From a virus: 64,000 bases of DNA. Where the stretch lies: IMG/VR virus record IMGVR_UViG_3300020470_003428, positions 16,540-80,539 of that record; one strand, given 5' to 3'. Numbering within the stretch: position 1 is the first letter of the stretch; each line of letters begins with the position of its first letter. The notes under the pieces are model-generated. The model did no database searches. It was not told the DNA's origin and was given only the letters and a program-made list of their open reading frames with translations. Position numbers and translations under genes: made by a program. This document shows, one piece after another, positions 1-8,982 of the stretch.

Positions 1-206
1 AACAGGGAGGGGCAACAGTTGACCCAGTTAATGATTATAAGATGAGCAATACTGCTGTTCTAAATAGAAGGCATAGGAACAGGATGGCTGCCACTGCATT
101 AGCGACCTTACTAGGAGGCGGTTTTGCTGTTAATCAACTAAACAAAAACGACAATATGGATGTCTTAGGCGATATCAAACGCCAAGCTCTACTTGCTCAC
201 TCTTAA
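1..206 (+). CDS. 3' end of hypothetical protein (partial)
   Basis: Open frame from position 3 to TAA at 204-206, with a hydrophobic Gly/Ala stretch near the C-terminus. Confidence 0.6.
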   Translation, partial: QGGATVDPVNDYKMSNTAVLNRRHRNRMAATALATLLGGGFAVNQLNKNDNMDVLGDIKRQALLAHS

Positions 207-211
207 TTACC

Positions 212-574
212 ATGGAACTCGCTGGCAAAAAACTGGGACTTACCCCAACAACTGTTGGAGATATTGCCCAAGCAACACAAGAAGGGAAATCTGAGGAGAA
301 CGTCAACATGTTCACTCAGATAATGAAAACCCTGAGTTCTATTGTTGGACCTAGAGAAGGTGAATTCAATACTGGAACAGGCATTCAACCAGAAGGAATG
401 CATCCTTATCAAAAGGAACTCTTATTGCAAAGACAGATGGAGGAAGCGAGAGAGGAGGCTAAGAAGCAAAAGCAAAAAGAATTGGCGCCAGGAATAAGTG
501 ATCTTCTTTATAGAGGTGACACAGGATTAAGAAAAATCCATCCTTTCTATTCAGGTGAGGGCTGGGGACCTTAA
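212..574 (+). CDS. hypothetical protein
   Basis: 120-aa ORF, TAATG coupling to next gene. Confidence 0.7.
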   Translation: MELAGKKLGLTPTTVGDIAQATQEGKSEENVNMFTQIMKTLSSIVGPREGEFNTGTGIQPEGMHPYQKELLLQRQMEEAREEAKKQKQKELAPGISDLLYRGDTGLRKIHPFYSGEGWGP

Positions 575-1755
575 TGCCTAAGCGGATTAGCAAAGAAGAA
601 TTTGATGCTCGCTTTGGAAAGAGAAGATTTTCCGAGCAAGAGTTGTTTGAAAGAGGATTGTCGACAGATCCTAACGGTCAAGTTCGTCCCACTGCTGAAG
701 TATTTAACGATCTCTTTATTGATGGCGTTAACCGTTTAGGCCTAAGTCATCCAGAAGCTAAAGCAAGAGCGAATAGGTATTTTGGACGTAATACAGATCC
801 TCTAAGCCATACGCAAGCAGGACCAGAATTACAGTCTTTAGTTACGAAAGCTCAGGCTAGTCCACCTCCTCCGGCGGATATTCTAAATGCTCCAGCAAGT
901 CCTGCGGCACAAAGAGTTAGGACTGAAGCTCAGTTAGACGATAGTGCTTTGAGGGATATTTCTGATGATTTTCGTAGTATGTTTGGTGAAGTAAATGCTG
1001 ATTTTTCTAATGTAGGCCCTGACAAGAGAGATTGGATTAGGGCTAAACAGATCGCAGACAATATAGATTCTTATCAATATTCTTTAAATAACGTTTCTGC
1101 ATTTGGAGGTAGTTCCAAGCCTTATCCTTTGTCACCTCAAGACAGCCAATTTGTTTCTGATTTCTTCAAGAAACAGATGATATATGACGACGGGGCTGGC
1201 ACTAATGTTTATGGGCGTGAAGGTGACGCAGAAGCTACTCGTCAATTCTATGATTTGCTTTATGACTTGGAAGTCGGTTCTGGAAAGAATGCAAAGACAA
1301 GAAGACAGATTAGTGACGAATTAGATGCTAAACGCTTTGCAGAAGAAGAAGCATTGTTTGCCGCAGAACAAGCTGCTAAAGCAACTCCAGTTCAGAAACA
1401 AGTTACAGATGATATATGGTCAGACAATTCATCTATAGATCCTAGGAATATTCCTGTCACGCCAGATTCTGTATCAAGAACTGATCTATGGGGTGGAGGA
1501 AGTGTACCTCCTGATCAGGTTTCTCCTAGTTCTAGGCAGCCATATATTTATCCTGAGGATTTACAATTAGCAGTTCGAATGCTTAATGAAGCTAAAGAAA
1601 CTAAATCACCCACGGGTAATCGAATGAGTATGAAGTTTTCGCCTGAATTAATAGCTGCCTTACTGGTTCCCTCTGCTGTAGTATCACCTCTAGTTCTTGA
1701 TGAGATAGGACAACCGAAACCAAAAGATGAAAAAGCCTTACAAAAAACTTATTAA
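574..1755 (+). CDS. hypothetical protein (possible virion protein)
   Basis: 393-aa ORF in plus-strand operon. Confidence 0.75.
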   Translation: MPKRISKEEFDARFGKRRFSEQELFERGLSTDPNGQVRPTAEVFNDLFIDGVNRLGLSHPEAKARANRYFGRNTDPLSHTQAGPELQSLVTKAQASPPPPADILNAPASPAAQRVRTEAQLDDSALRDISDDFRSMFGEVNADFSNVGPDKRDWIRAKQIADNIDSYQYSLNNVSAFGGSSKPYPLSPQDSQFVSDFFKKQMIYDDGAGTNVYGREGDAEATRQFYDLLYDLEVGSGKNAKTRRQISDELDAKRFAEEEALFAAEQAAKATPVQKQVTDDIWSDNSSIDPRNIPVTPDSVSRTDLWGGGSVPPDQVSPSSRQPYIYPEDLQLAVRMLNEAKETKSPTGNRMSMKFSPELIAALLVPSAVVSPLVLDEIGQPKPKDEKALQKTY

Positions 1756-1852
1756 ACTAAGCAAAAAAGCCGAGCAATGTTCTACTAGAGAAGAAGCTCA
1801 ACTTCTCATTAAAAAAGCCAGTAAATGGCATAAAAAATTACAATCAATTTAA
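1727..1852 (+). CDS. small basic helical protein (cyanophage-type)
   Basis: Own translation MKKPYKKLIKLSKKAEQCSTREEAQLLIKKASKWHKKLQSI; TAATG-coupled to next ORF; below ORF-track cutoff. Confidence 0.6.
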   Translation: MKKPYKKLIKLSKKAEQCSTREEAQLLIKKASKWHKKLQSI

Positions 1853-2025
1853 TGAATTTTTACAGTGATCCAGCAGCTTTTCAGCTTGCTATTCTATTTC
1901 CGTTTATCCCATTAATTTGCGTAGGAATTGTTACTTTCGCTTTAGGCTATGACATGCGTGATGATAATGATGATGATGATGATGATAGAGGTACTTTAGT
2001 TCCTGTAATGTATCCTGCGTCTTAA
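1852..2025 (+). CDS. small membrane protein with poly-Asp tail (picocyanobacterial type)
   Basis: Own translation MNFYSDPAAFQLAILFPFIPLICVGIVTFALGYDMRDDNDDDDDDRGTLVPVMYPAS: one TM helix then a D-run. Confidence 0.65.
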   Translation: MNFYSDPAAFQLAILFPFIPLICVGIVTFALGYDMRDDNDDDDDDRGTLVPVMYPAS

Positions 2026-2171
2026 TCGTCAACAGGTTTAAAAACTTCTACGAAGGCATGACATTTAGGACATGTCAGGATTGTTACGATAGACCATTCA
2101 TCCATTAGATTCGGATCAACTGTTTTGTCTGGGCCGCGATCAAGAGGAGTATTGCAATAAAGACAGTTCAT
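2022..2171 (-). CDS. small Zn-ribbon protein
   Basis: Own translation MNCLYCNTP...TCPKCHAFVEVFKPVDD with two CxxC pairs. Confidence 0.65.
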   Translation of the reverse strand: MNCLYCNTPLDRGPDKTVDPNLMDEWSIVTILTCPKCHAFVEVFKPVDD

Positions 2172-2212
2172 ATTTTAAAAAGCCTAATATTAATGTAGCG
2201 GTTTAAAATTAC

Positions 2213-2653
2213 ATGGCTACTGAAGAAGTAATTCAGGAAGAACCTAAGAAAAGTATTTTCCAAAAAATAAAGGAAAAGATAGATGATAAGGAAGAACAGT
2301 TTGAATACATCTCAGTCGCAGTAAGGCTTCTCGTGGTTTTCTGGTCCGGAGCCCTGGTGACCTTAAATTATTTGCCAAAGATTCCTGGCCTAACGTCAGG
2401 GGAAAAACAGGATATAACTTTTCCGGCTTCTCTCCTGGCTTCGTCGCTTGCAAGTTTTGGCCTGGAGAAGAGTGCTAAAAAGAAAGGCGATGGAACATAT
2501 GATGTTAATTCAGAGGATAAGCCATTAAGTAAGAAAGAAATGTTGGCTTTAATGTCAAACCAAGGCGGTGGCTTCCAGACAATTCGTGTAGAGACTCCGA
2601 TTAAGATATTAGGTGCAGACGTTGTTGATTCTTCCAAAAAGGTTAAGTCATGA
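2213..2653 (+). CDS. cyanophage membrane protein
   Basis: 146-aa ORF with two hydrophobic segments. Confidence 0.75.
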   Translation: MATEEVIQEEPKKSIFQKIKEKIDDKEEQFEYISVAVRLLVVFWSGALVTLNYLPKIPGLTSGEKQDITFPASLLASSLASFGLEKSAKKKGDGTYDVNSEDKPLSKKEMLALMSNQGGGFQTIRVETPIKILGADVVDSSKKVKS

Positions 2654-2862
2654 CTTGCGAGAACCATTCGAATGTAGACGCCTCTCAGGAGACCCGCCTG
2701 ACAGTGCAAGCTCTCAAAATCGAAAGATTGGAAGAGAAGCAAGAGGAGTTACGTGAACGCCTCAAGGTTGTAGAGAAGTGGGTTATCGGGGCTGCAGCAG
2801 TATTGGCAGCCGGGGTGACTTTAATAGGGTTCGCTACGAATATATCGAAAGCATATTTATGA
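2650..2862 (+). CDS. coiled-coil protein with C-terminal TM helix
   Basis: 70-aa ORF, ATGA overlaps with both neighbours. Confidence 0.7.
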   Translation: MTCENHSNVDASQETRLTVQALKIERLEEKQEELRERLKVVEKWVIGAAAVLAAGVTLIGFATNISKAYL

Positions 2863-3047
2863 TCGAAAAAACGGTAGATCCACAATTAGTATTTGTTATA
2901 GGTAGTTTAGTAACCATTCTTTTGGGTGCTATTAGCTACGGAATTTATTTAACTCTTGGAAGTGGATCTAAAGATTTAAGAGATCCTATTGATGAACACG
3001 CCAAGATGCACGAGTTGGGTATAGCTCACGGACATCGTAAAAAATAA
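2859..3047 (+). CDS. psbN: PsbN-like small membrane protein
   Basis: TM helix followed by YGIYLTLGSGSKDLRDPIDEH, matching the PsbN pattern GY.iY..FG..S..LRDPfEEH; start reassigned to ATG 2859. Confidence 0.65.
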   Translation: MIEKTVDPQLVFVIGSLVTILLGAISYGIYLTLGSGSKDLRDPIDEHAKMHELGIAHGHRKK

Positions 3048-3083
3048 TTACCTACTATAAGTAGAGACGTCTAAATTTTTCCC

Positions 3084-3614
3084 ATGAAGCGCGTAGTGTT
3101 ACCAGCGCTGTTGCTCACATCTCTTGCAGCGCCTGCGATGGCAGATATAACGCATAGTCTGAGTTCTTCGGTTCAATTGACCGTGGATGGGGCCAGTTCA
3201 GTGGCGACCAGGGTGCCAAGTACATATAGCGTGTCGGGTACAAATATAAAAGTTGGCACTGGTAATAGCGACGTATTTGGAGGTTTGACCGCTGGATCGG
3301 CTACTGCTGCACCGACAATGAAGGCCGGTACCTACGATTTGAATGTCTCCGGAAATCAATTCAGCTTTTCAGAAAGTTGGCTCCAAGGGGACGCCATACC
3401 TGCTATTAATGCAGGTTCGACTGTGTCAACCACAACCGGTCAGGTACAGTCCATTCCGGCGTTTGGCTCGACTACAACATTTGCCGGTGGAACAAAAGGT
3501 ACGTTGGCCGGTGGAGTCTCAAGTTTATCCGGTGGAACAGTTACTTCGCTAACCGCCGGTGGCGCCGGTACTACCGCTATTGGACAATTCATATCTACTC
3601 TTAACGTGAAGTAG
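3084..3614 (+). CDS. secreted Gly/Thr/Ser-rich beta protein (cyanophage cluster)
   Basis: Signal peptide ending APAMA-D; ADITHSLSSSVQLTVD N-terminus. Confidence 0.75.
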   Translation: MKRVVLPALLLTSLAAPAMADITHSLSSSVQLTVDGASSVATRVPSTYSVSGTNIKVGTGNSDVFGGLTAGSATAAPTMKAGTYDLNVSGNQFSFSESWLQGDAIPAINAGSTVSTTTGQVQSIPAFGSTTTFAGGTKGTLAGGVSSLSGGTVTSLTAGGAGTTAIGQFISTLNVK

Positions 3615-3666
3615 ATGGGCAATGTTTTCAGTATCCGTGAGACCGGTTGCCCCGATTGTTGGCGCA

Positions 3667-4107
3667 ATGTGGAAATTAAAGTTTGCTGTACTTGCGGTGG
3701 TTGCTCTTGTCACACCTGCAAATGCGGTCCCAGTAGTACCGAATTTTTCATCCGGCCAGCTTACTCAGACTACGACATCGCGGTCTGTGATATCTGAGTC
3801 GATAGTCTCGGAAGATTTTGCGACAGGCTGGCAATACACTGTGTCCGGTACAGGGATTTCTTTAGATGGTGCATCTATCGAACCATCTGCCATAATCAAT
3901 ACAAATACAACTGCCGCGTCAGGAATAACTACAAAATGGACAGGCTTAGACGTGAACAACAAGCCAAATTGGACGCTGACTCAGCCCGGGGGTTCGTTCC
4001 AATTTCAATCCAGTTACTCCGGACCCGGACTCCAGAATCGCACGACCATAACGAGGACCATAGAAACGGACACAACGATAGAATCGGTTTCCGTATTTTC
4101 TCAGTAA
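3667..4107 (+). CDS. secreted beta-rich protein (cyanophage cluster)
   Basis: Signal peptide ANA-VPVVPNF; ends SVFSQ; start could be 3622. Confidence 0.75.
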   Translation: MWKLKFAVLAVVALVTPANAVPVVPNFSSGQLTQTTTSRSVISESIVSEDFATGWQYTVSGTGISLDGASIEPSAIINTNTTAASGITTKWTGLDVNNKPNWTLTQPGGSFQFQSSYSGPGLQNRTTITRTIETDTTIESVSVFSQ

Positions 4108-4130
4108 TACCAAGGGTTCTTAGCATTTTA

Positions 4131-4949
4131 ATGCTATTTCCTTTTTGTCCTGTCGTCAAGGCAAGTGACGTGGGAGGAATATCTGCTACCTCTAATCCGG
4201 TCGCTAATTCATCCGGTCAAGCGAATGTCAATGCATACCAAGTGTTGACAGGAAACTTCATGCAGTCAGGTTTTACCAATGGTGTTGTTTGCCAGTCTGA
4301 GACATTAACAATATCTCCTTACGTGGGTCGTTCTGCAAATATTAAAGAACCTTTTTTCGAAACTTACGAAGATCCGGTATACGATGTTCGAGATTTAGAT
4401 GGTGATGGTGCTCCTGATAATCCTGGAGATATTTTGTGGTACAAAACAGTACAAACCCTGCAGAAAGATAACTACTCCTTAAACATGGGAATAACGGCTC
4501 AATGGAGTCGGCCACTCGATAAGGAGATGATGTCTCTTTGCAAGGACGCTGCTGCGACTGAAATAGCCTTAAGAAAAGCAACATTAAATTTACGGGTTTT
4601 AGACTACGAAATTTCTCGGCTCAAGCATTGCGGAAATTTAGCGAAGGAGGGCATAGTATGGGATCCGACCAGTAAATACAAGGTCATCTGCGAGGATGTC
4701 CTCTTAACGAATCCTCCCGGAGTGTTATTAAATCACAGTCATTCAATTGATCCTATTACTTTCGATTCTTCCTCTGTTCAGTCATCCTCTCTCGAACAGA
4801 CAGAATCTTCTCAGGCTTCTTCAGAATCTTCTTTAGAACAGTCTTCGTCACTTTCTTCGCCAGAGGCTTCACAATCTTCATTAGATACTGTTGGAGAGGT
4901 TGGCCCACTAGGGCCACCCCTAGAGTTGCGCCTACAGCTATCGAAGTAG
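4131..4949 (+). CDS. secreted protein (cyanophage cluster)
   Basis: Signal-like N-terminus, DLDGDG Ca-binding-like motif, Cys pairs; start uncertain (ORF open from 3936). Confidence 0.7.
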   Translation: MLFPFCPVVKASDVGGISATSNPVANSSGQANVNAYQVLTGNFMQSGFTNGVVCQSETLTISPYVGRSANIKEPFFETYEDPVYDVRDLDGDGAPDNPGDILWYKTVQTLQKDNYSLNMGITAQWSRPLDKEMMSLCKDAAATEIALRKATLNLRVLDYEISRLKHCGNLAKEGIVWDPTSKYKVICEDVLLTNPPGVLLNHSHSIDPITFDSSSVQSSSLEQTESSQASSESSLEQSSSLSSPEASQSSLDTVGEVGPLGPPLELRLQLSK

Positions 4950-5568
4950 TATTCAGGACGGTTGCAGGAGGGGGCGTGTAGTTATTGATGACATTGAGCA
5001 AAGCAATATCTTCGTACAACGTAATACATTCGCCTTCAGAGTTTTTCTCGTAGCCTTTTACAATCTTCGTACCATACTTACCGTATGCTCCCGGCGGGGG
5101 ACTTCCTGGTCTGGGACAGGGGAGATCAATGTCAATAGGCTTAATAGCGTTAACATCGAGACCAGGAAGATCAGAGACTTGACTTGCTCCCTCTGTATTG
5201 GATTCATCTGTTTCACTTTCGTTATCCTTGGATTTTGTATTTCCTAAACCACTAACGGCTCCCAAGTTAGGAGTATTCTCCATGGGAATAACTACTAATT
5301 CTTTGCTTGGATCAAACTCAGGGGGATTGAAGGAGGGCATACCTGGCCCTGTACATAGCGTGAGAGTTCCTTGAGGATCGTCTTCTATTAGTTTGTTATT
5401 ACCTTGTGTCTCTCTAGCTTCAACACAACCAGGCATCTCTACGGTTGGGAAGCCTATCTGCAGAGTCACAGGAGGGGCTTGAGGAATGCTTAAAGGTAAA
5501 TCAATCGCCCATGTCGGTACCTGTGGAACGTATATCTCCCTGACGCCTATCCGAGGGACTGAACCCAC
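4756..5568 (-). CDS. Pro-rich membrane-anchored protein
   Basis: 270-aa ORF, C-terminal TM helix plus basic tail; overlaps convergent gene by 194 nt. Confidence 0.7.
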   Translation of the reverse strand: MGSVPRIGVREIYVPQVPTWAIDLPLSIPQAPPVTLQIGFPTVEMPGCVEARETQGNNKLIEDDPQGTLTLCTGPGMPSFNPPEFDPSKELVVIPMENTPNLGAVSGLGNTKSKDNESETDESNTEGASQVSDLPGLDVNAIKPIDIDLPCPRPGSPPPGAYGKYGTKIVKGYEKNSEGECITLYEDIALLNVINNYTPPPATVLNTTSIAVGATLGVALVGQPLQQYLMKIVKPLAKKVTKTVLKKILKKPEKILSVRERMTEQRKNRK

Positions 5569-5573
5569 TGATC

Positions 5574-5840
5574 TTACTTGTTAACTGGCAGAACGCCCCC
5601 AGTGGTACTAGGAATAGATAGAAAACTGCTAGTGCCACCAGAAGCACTACCACCGAGGCCAGGTAATGCACTCTTGATTTGAGATTCGACCAAAGGTCCG
5701 ACTTGTTCAATTAATGCCTTCTTTAATTGTTCTTGAGTTGCTGGAGCTTTGAGGTAAAAATAGGCTGCAATAGTTCCACCAACAAGGCTACCTGATAACG
5801 CTAAGCTTGCTGCTGCGAGAATAGTGGGAAGGTTTTTCAT
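5574..5840 (-). CDS. small membrane protein
   Basis: 88-aa ORF, N-terminal TM helix. Confidence 0.7.
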   Translation of the reverse strand: MKNLPTILAAASLALSGSLVGGTIAAYFYLKAPATQEQLKKALIEQVGPLVESQIKSALPGLGGSASGGTSSFLSIPSTTGGVLPVNK

Positions 5841-5940
5841 GGTTATTTAGGTGCCACTTCTAATCTTAGGCACTTTTCAGTAGTGAATGCAGGAAAATAT
5901 AGATTTTATTTTTTAATCTTGGTGTAACCGAAAATTACGA

Positions 5941-6450
5941 TTGACACCAGAACACTGGGGTTCATACGTGTTTAACCTTGTAGACCTGTCTAAAGGTGCT
6001 GCACGAAAAAGGTTTAAACAATCTATTAAAGACGAATGGAGGTGTTGTGCCTATTGCGGAATTGATGATTCTCTTCTGACTATCGACCACTTGAAACCTA
6101 AAAAACATGGTGGAGATAGTTGCAGGAGAAACCTTGTACCTGCCTGTCGATGCTGTAATACCAATAAAGGATCTCTCATGGATTGGCGTCTTTGGTACCA
6201 ACAACAAGTATTCTTTTCTAAAGTTAGAGAAAACAGAATTTTGGAATGGATGAAACCAAGACCAATGGAGAATCTTGAATTATGGTATGTAAAAAGGGAG
6301 GAGCATGAGAGACGATCTAACTCAAGAACAGCAGTTCATGCTTCAACGTATAACGTTGGAAATCAAGGATTACTCGAAAGAGGAACTTATAGAAGCATTG
6401 CTAAGCTGCTGGGAGGCACGATTCAGGCAGAAGCAAATCTTTCTTGCTAG
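5941..6450 (+). CDS. HNH endonuclease
   Basis: CAYC...TIDHLKPKKHGG...NLVPACRCCNTNKG. Confidence 0.85.
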   Translation: MTPEHWGSYVFNLVDLSKGAARKRFKQSIKDEWRCCAYCGIDDSLLTIDHLKPKKHGGDSCRRNLVPACRCCNTNKGSLMDWRLWYQQQVFFSKVRENRILEWMKPRPMENLELWYVKREEHERRSNSRTAVHASTYNVGNQGLLERGTYRSIAKLLGGTIQAEANLSC

Positions 6451-6646
6451 TAGTCAAGATGCTGGATTTTCTTTCGCATTTAATGATGGTGTAGCTGTCA
6501 TGCCAGAAGCTGCTGTTAAAGAATTTGAACAGTCCCATGGCTACAAACCAACATGGGAAGACGCGGAAGACTACATGGAATCGATTGCAGAGGAGGCTTG
6601 TATGGAGCTAGACATGGAAGCTATTGTTCTTGAACCTGAAGAATAA
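6305..6646 (+). CDS. nblA: NblA-like phycobilisome degradation adaptor with acidic C-terminal extension
   Basis: LTQEQQFMLQRITLEIKDYSKEELIEALLSCW resembles NblA LSLEQQF...MSREQAQEFL; GGAGGAG RBS upstream. Confidence 0.55.
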   Translation: MRDDLTQEQQFMLQRITLEIKDYSKEELIEALLSCWEARFRQKQIFLASSQDAGFSFAFNDGVAVMPEAAVKEFEQSHGYKPTWEDAEDYMESIAEEACMELDMEAIVLEPEE

Positions 6647-6680
6647 CTCGTTACACTAATATTCAGATACGTATTTTTTA

Positions 6681-7064
6681 ATGGAAACCCTCATAGCAGG
6701 AGCAGCAGCAGTTTTAGTGGGGATTTTTTCCGGTAGAGTAATTACCTTGAAACAAGGGGAGAAAAAGGGAGTAGCTTTTCATGAACACAATGAGTTACTT
6801 CAAAGGGTTTCAGATATTGAGCAAGTCATACCAGGGCTAATTCCTCGTACTGAAGTGCAAGATGCTATTAACAAGGTTCCTCCTTTGGTCATGGATGCTG
6901 TTAGAACGGAGATTAATAGTATTGGCTTATCGATGAATCAGAGACCTGCTCCTTCAGTTGGTTTAGGAGGAGTTGATCTTGCTCAAGTTAGGGCTGACAC
7001 GGAGAAGATGAAACAGTTGAATGACATGCTTAAGAACTTCGAACAGGCTCAAGGTAATGGCTAA
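6681..7064 (+). CDS. hypothetical protein, N-terminal TM
   Basis: 127-aa ORF. Confidence 0.7.
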   Translation: METLIAGAAAVLVGIFSGRVITLKQGEKKGVAFHEHNELLQRVSDIEQVIPGLIPRTEVQDAINKVPPLVMDAVRTEINSIGLSMNQRPAPSVGLGGVDLAQVRADTEKMKQLNDMLKNFEQAQGNG

Positions 7065-7776
7065 ACTTTTTGAGACATATTATCTAGATACTAAAACTGC
7101 TGACGATATAGAGGCATGGGTCTTAAAGAAAAATACTCCCTTGAATTGGAGTTTCAACGATAATGTTGCTTATGATTATCATCATCTACAAGAAACTAAA
7201 AAGAAATGGGGACATGAATTGAACTTTGAAGAGAACACATGGTTTTGTCCTGGGTTTTCTTGTCGCTTAATTCACCAAGGATCAGAACATCCTAATTTTT
7301 GGTTACCTGGTTGTATGAAGAATCTACAAATTCCCAAACTAAAGTCATTACTAGATAGTAAATATACAGCATTAAATATATGGAGAATGCAACTTTGGAT
7401 ATATCCTTCTGTTAGTCAGGAAGCATTTAATCAGCCTCATAGTCCTCACATAGATATTTCTACTCGTAAAGGTCGTAAGAATGGAAGAAGAATAACTAAA
7501 GATGAAACAGGAGAAGGGAATATAGTCCTCTTATATTACATTAATGATGCTGATGGTGATAATTTCTTTTACAAGGTCAAAGATGAATATATAGATCACC
7601 CTTCGTTAGATGATGATCAAATGTATCATCCTGACCTACTAGACATAGTGCATACGGAGACTCCTGAAAAAGGCAAATTATTAGTGATGGATGGCGACGT
7701 AATTCATGCTAGTTCCTCCCCTTCTAAAGGAATAAGGTCAACATTAAATATCAATTTACTACCTAAACGTGATTGA
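7057..7776 (+). CDS. 2OG-Fe(II) oxygenase
   Basis: PHID ... IHASS ... RSTLNIN triad pattern; start reassigned to ATG 7057. Confidence 0.8.
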   Translation: MAKLFETYYLDTKTADDIEAWVLKKNTPLNWSFNDNVAYDYHHLQETKKKWGHELNFEENTWFCPGFSCRLIHQGSEHPNFWLPGCMKNLQIPKLKSLLDSKYTALNIWRMQLWIYPSVSQEAFNQPHSPHIDISTRKGRKNGRRITKDETGEGNIVLLYYINDADGDNFFYKVKDEYIDHPSLDDDQMYHPDLLDIVHTETPEKGKLLVMDGDVIHASSSPSKGIRSTLNINLLPKRD

Positions 7777-8338
7777 GTTACCTTTCTTACATAATTTTTT
7801 CTACACTGATATACCTAGTAATAAAGATGAATTATTGCATGAAATAGAAAATAGCGAGTTAGATAAAAACCAAGATTTCTCATGGAATACTTTTTGCTCA
7901 TTAAAGTTAGAACGACTTGATTTAGATAAAAAAATAGAATTATTTTATCCTTCTTTATCCAAGTTCTTTAAAGAATTAGATATTGAAGGTCGGAATGTTA
8001 AACTTCGATTATGTGGTATGTGGAAAAATACATATAGCAAACATGCTTTTCAAGAAATTCATGATCATTGTCCTCATCATTTTTCAGGTGTTTTATTTTT
8101 AACGGATGAACAACCTGGTGATAGTAGATTTTATTTTGTAAATAAACATGGAAGCGAGATTCCGCAGGGTTGGCGAAAACTTAGAAAAAATCAAAATATT
8201 CTTCATGCGGGTAGGTATTGGGTAAAAGCTGAACGAGGTCGAATTATATTCTTTCCTTCTTATTTAATGCATGGTGTTACGGAACATCAATCAGATAAAC
8301 CTAGGCAGACAGTATCCTTTAATTTTGATTTCCTTTAA
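7769..8338 (+). CDS. 2OG-Fe(II) oxygenase (TIGR02466-like)
   Basis: HDH ... FPSYLMHGV ... RQTVSFN. Confidence 0.85.
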   Translation: MIELPFLHNFFYTDIPSNKDELLHEIENSELDKNQDFSWNTFCSLKLERLDLDKKIELFYPSLSKFFKELDIEGRNVKLRLCGMWKNTYSKHAFQEIHDHCPHHFSGVLFLTDEQPGDSRFYFVNKHGSEIPQGWRKLRKNQNILHAGRYWVKAERGRIIFFPSYLMHGVTEHQSDKPRQTVSFNFDFL

Positions 8339-8982
8339 GTTGGGTTATAAAAACTACACCACCCAGTTGCAATATATTTTTCTCCTTTATTAGGAGTGAC
8401 TCCTTTGTGGGGATGAGTCCAATAAGCAGGCCAAATCACAACACGTCCTTCCTTAGGTTGAATAGTTGTAGCTTGATGGGGAAATTCTGTTCCCGATTGT
8501 GCATCATTTAAATAAATCATCCAAACCAGCATACGATCTCCAGCTAGTGCGTGATCTTCTGCAGTTAATGAATTTAGGTCTAATTCCTGATTATTAATAT
8601 TTTTCCATCTAGAAACATGTTCACAATGTAAGCCGCTGTATCCTTGGCCTTCTGAATAATATTGAATGTTATACCAAGATCTCAAACACCATGAGGCTAA
8701 TTGATCTAGAAATGGATAAGTGATTTTATATCGCCCAATAGCCTCAACAACAGTCGGTAAAAGAATTGTATTGAACTGACGAAATGGTGTATATGGTATT
8801 TCATTATCAATTTCAGAAAAATCGACATTAAAATCTATCGATTTCTTGGATTCTGTATCTCTCGAATACATGAAACGCTGTTTGTCTTTATCTTTTAATT
8901 GTTTGAAGTATTGAATGACTGATTGGCAAGAATTTGAATCTAATAAATCATCATAAATTTCAATAAAGGATACATCAGTCAT
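8335..8982 (-). CDS. 2OG-Fe(II) oxygenase (prolyl-hydroxylase-like)
   Basis: HCE ... WMIYLND ... GTEF ... WPAYWTHPH ... KYIATGW. Confidence 0.85.
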   Translation of the reverse strand: MTDVSFIEIYDDLLDSNSCQSVIQYFKQLKDKDKQRFMYSRDTESKKSIDFNVDFSEIDNEIPYTPFRQFNTILLPTVVEAIGRYKITYPFLDQLASWCLRSWYNIQYYSEGQGYSGLHCEHVSRWKNINNQELDLNSLTAEDHALAGDRMLVWMIYLNDAQSGTEFPHQATTIQPKEGRVVIWPAYWTHPHKGVTPNKGEKYIATGWCSFYNPT

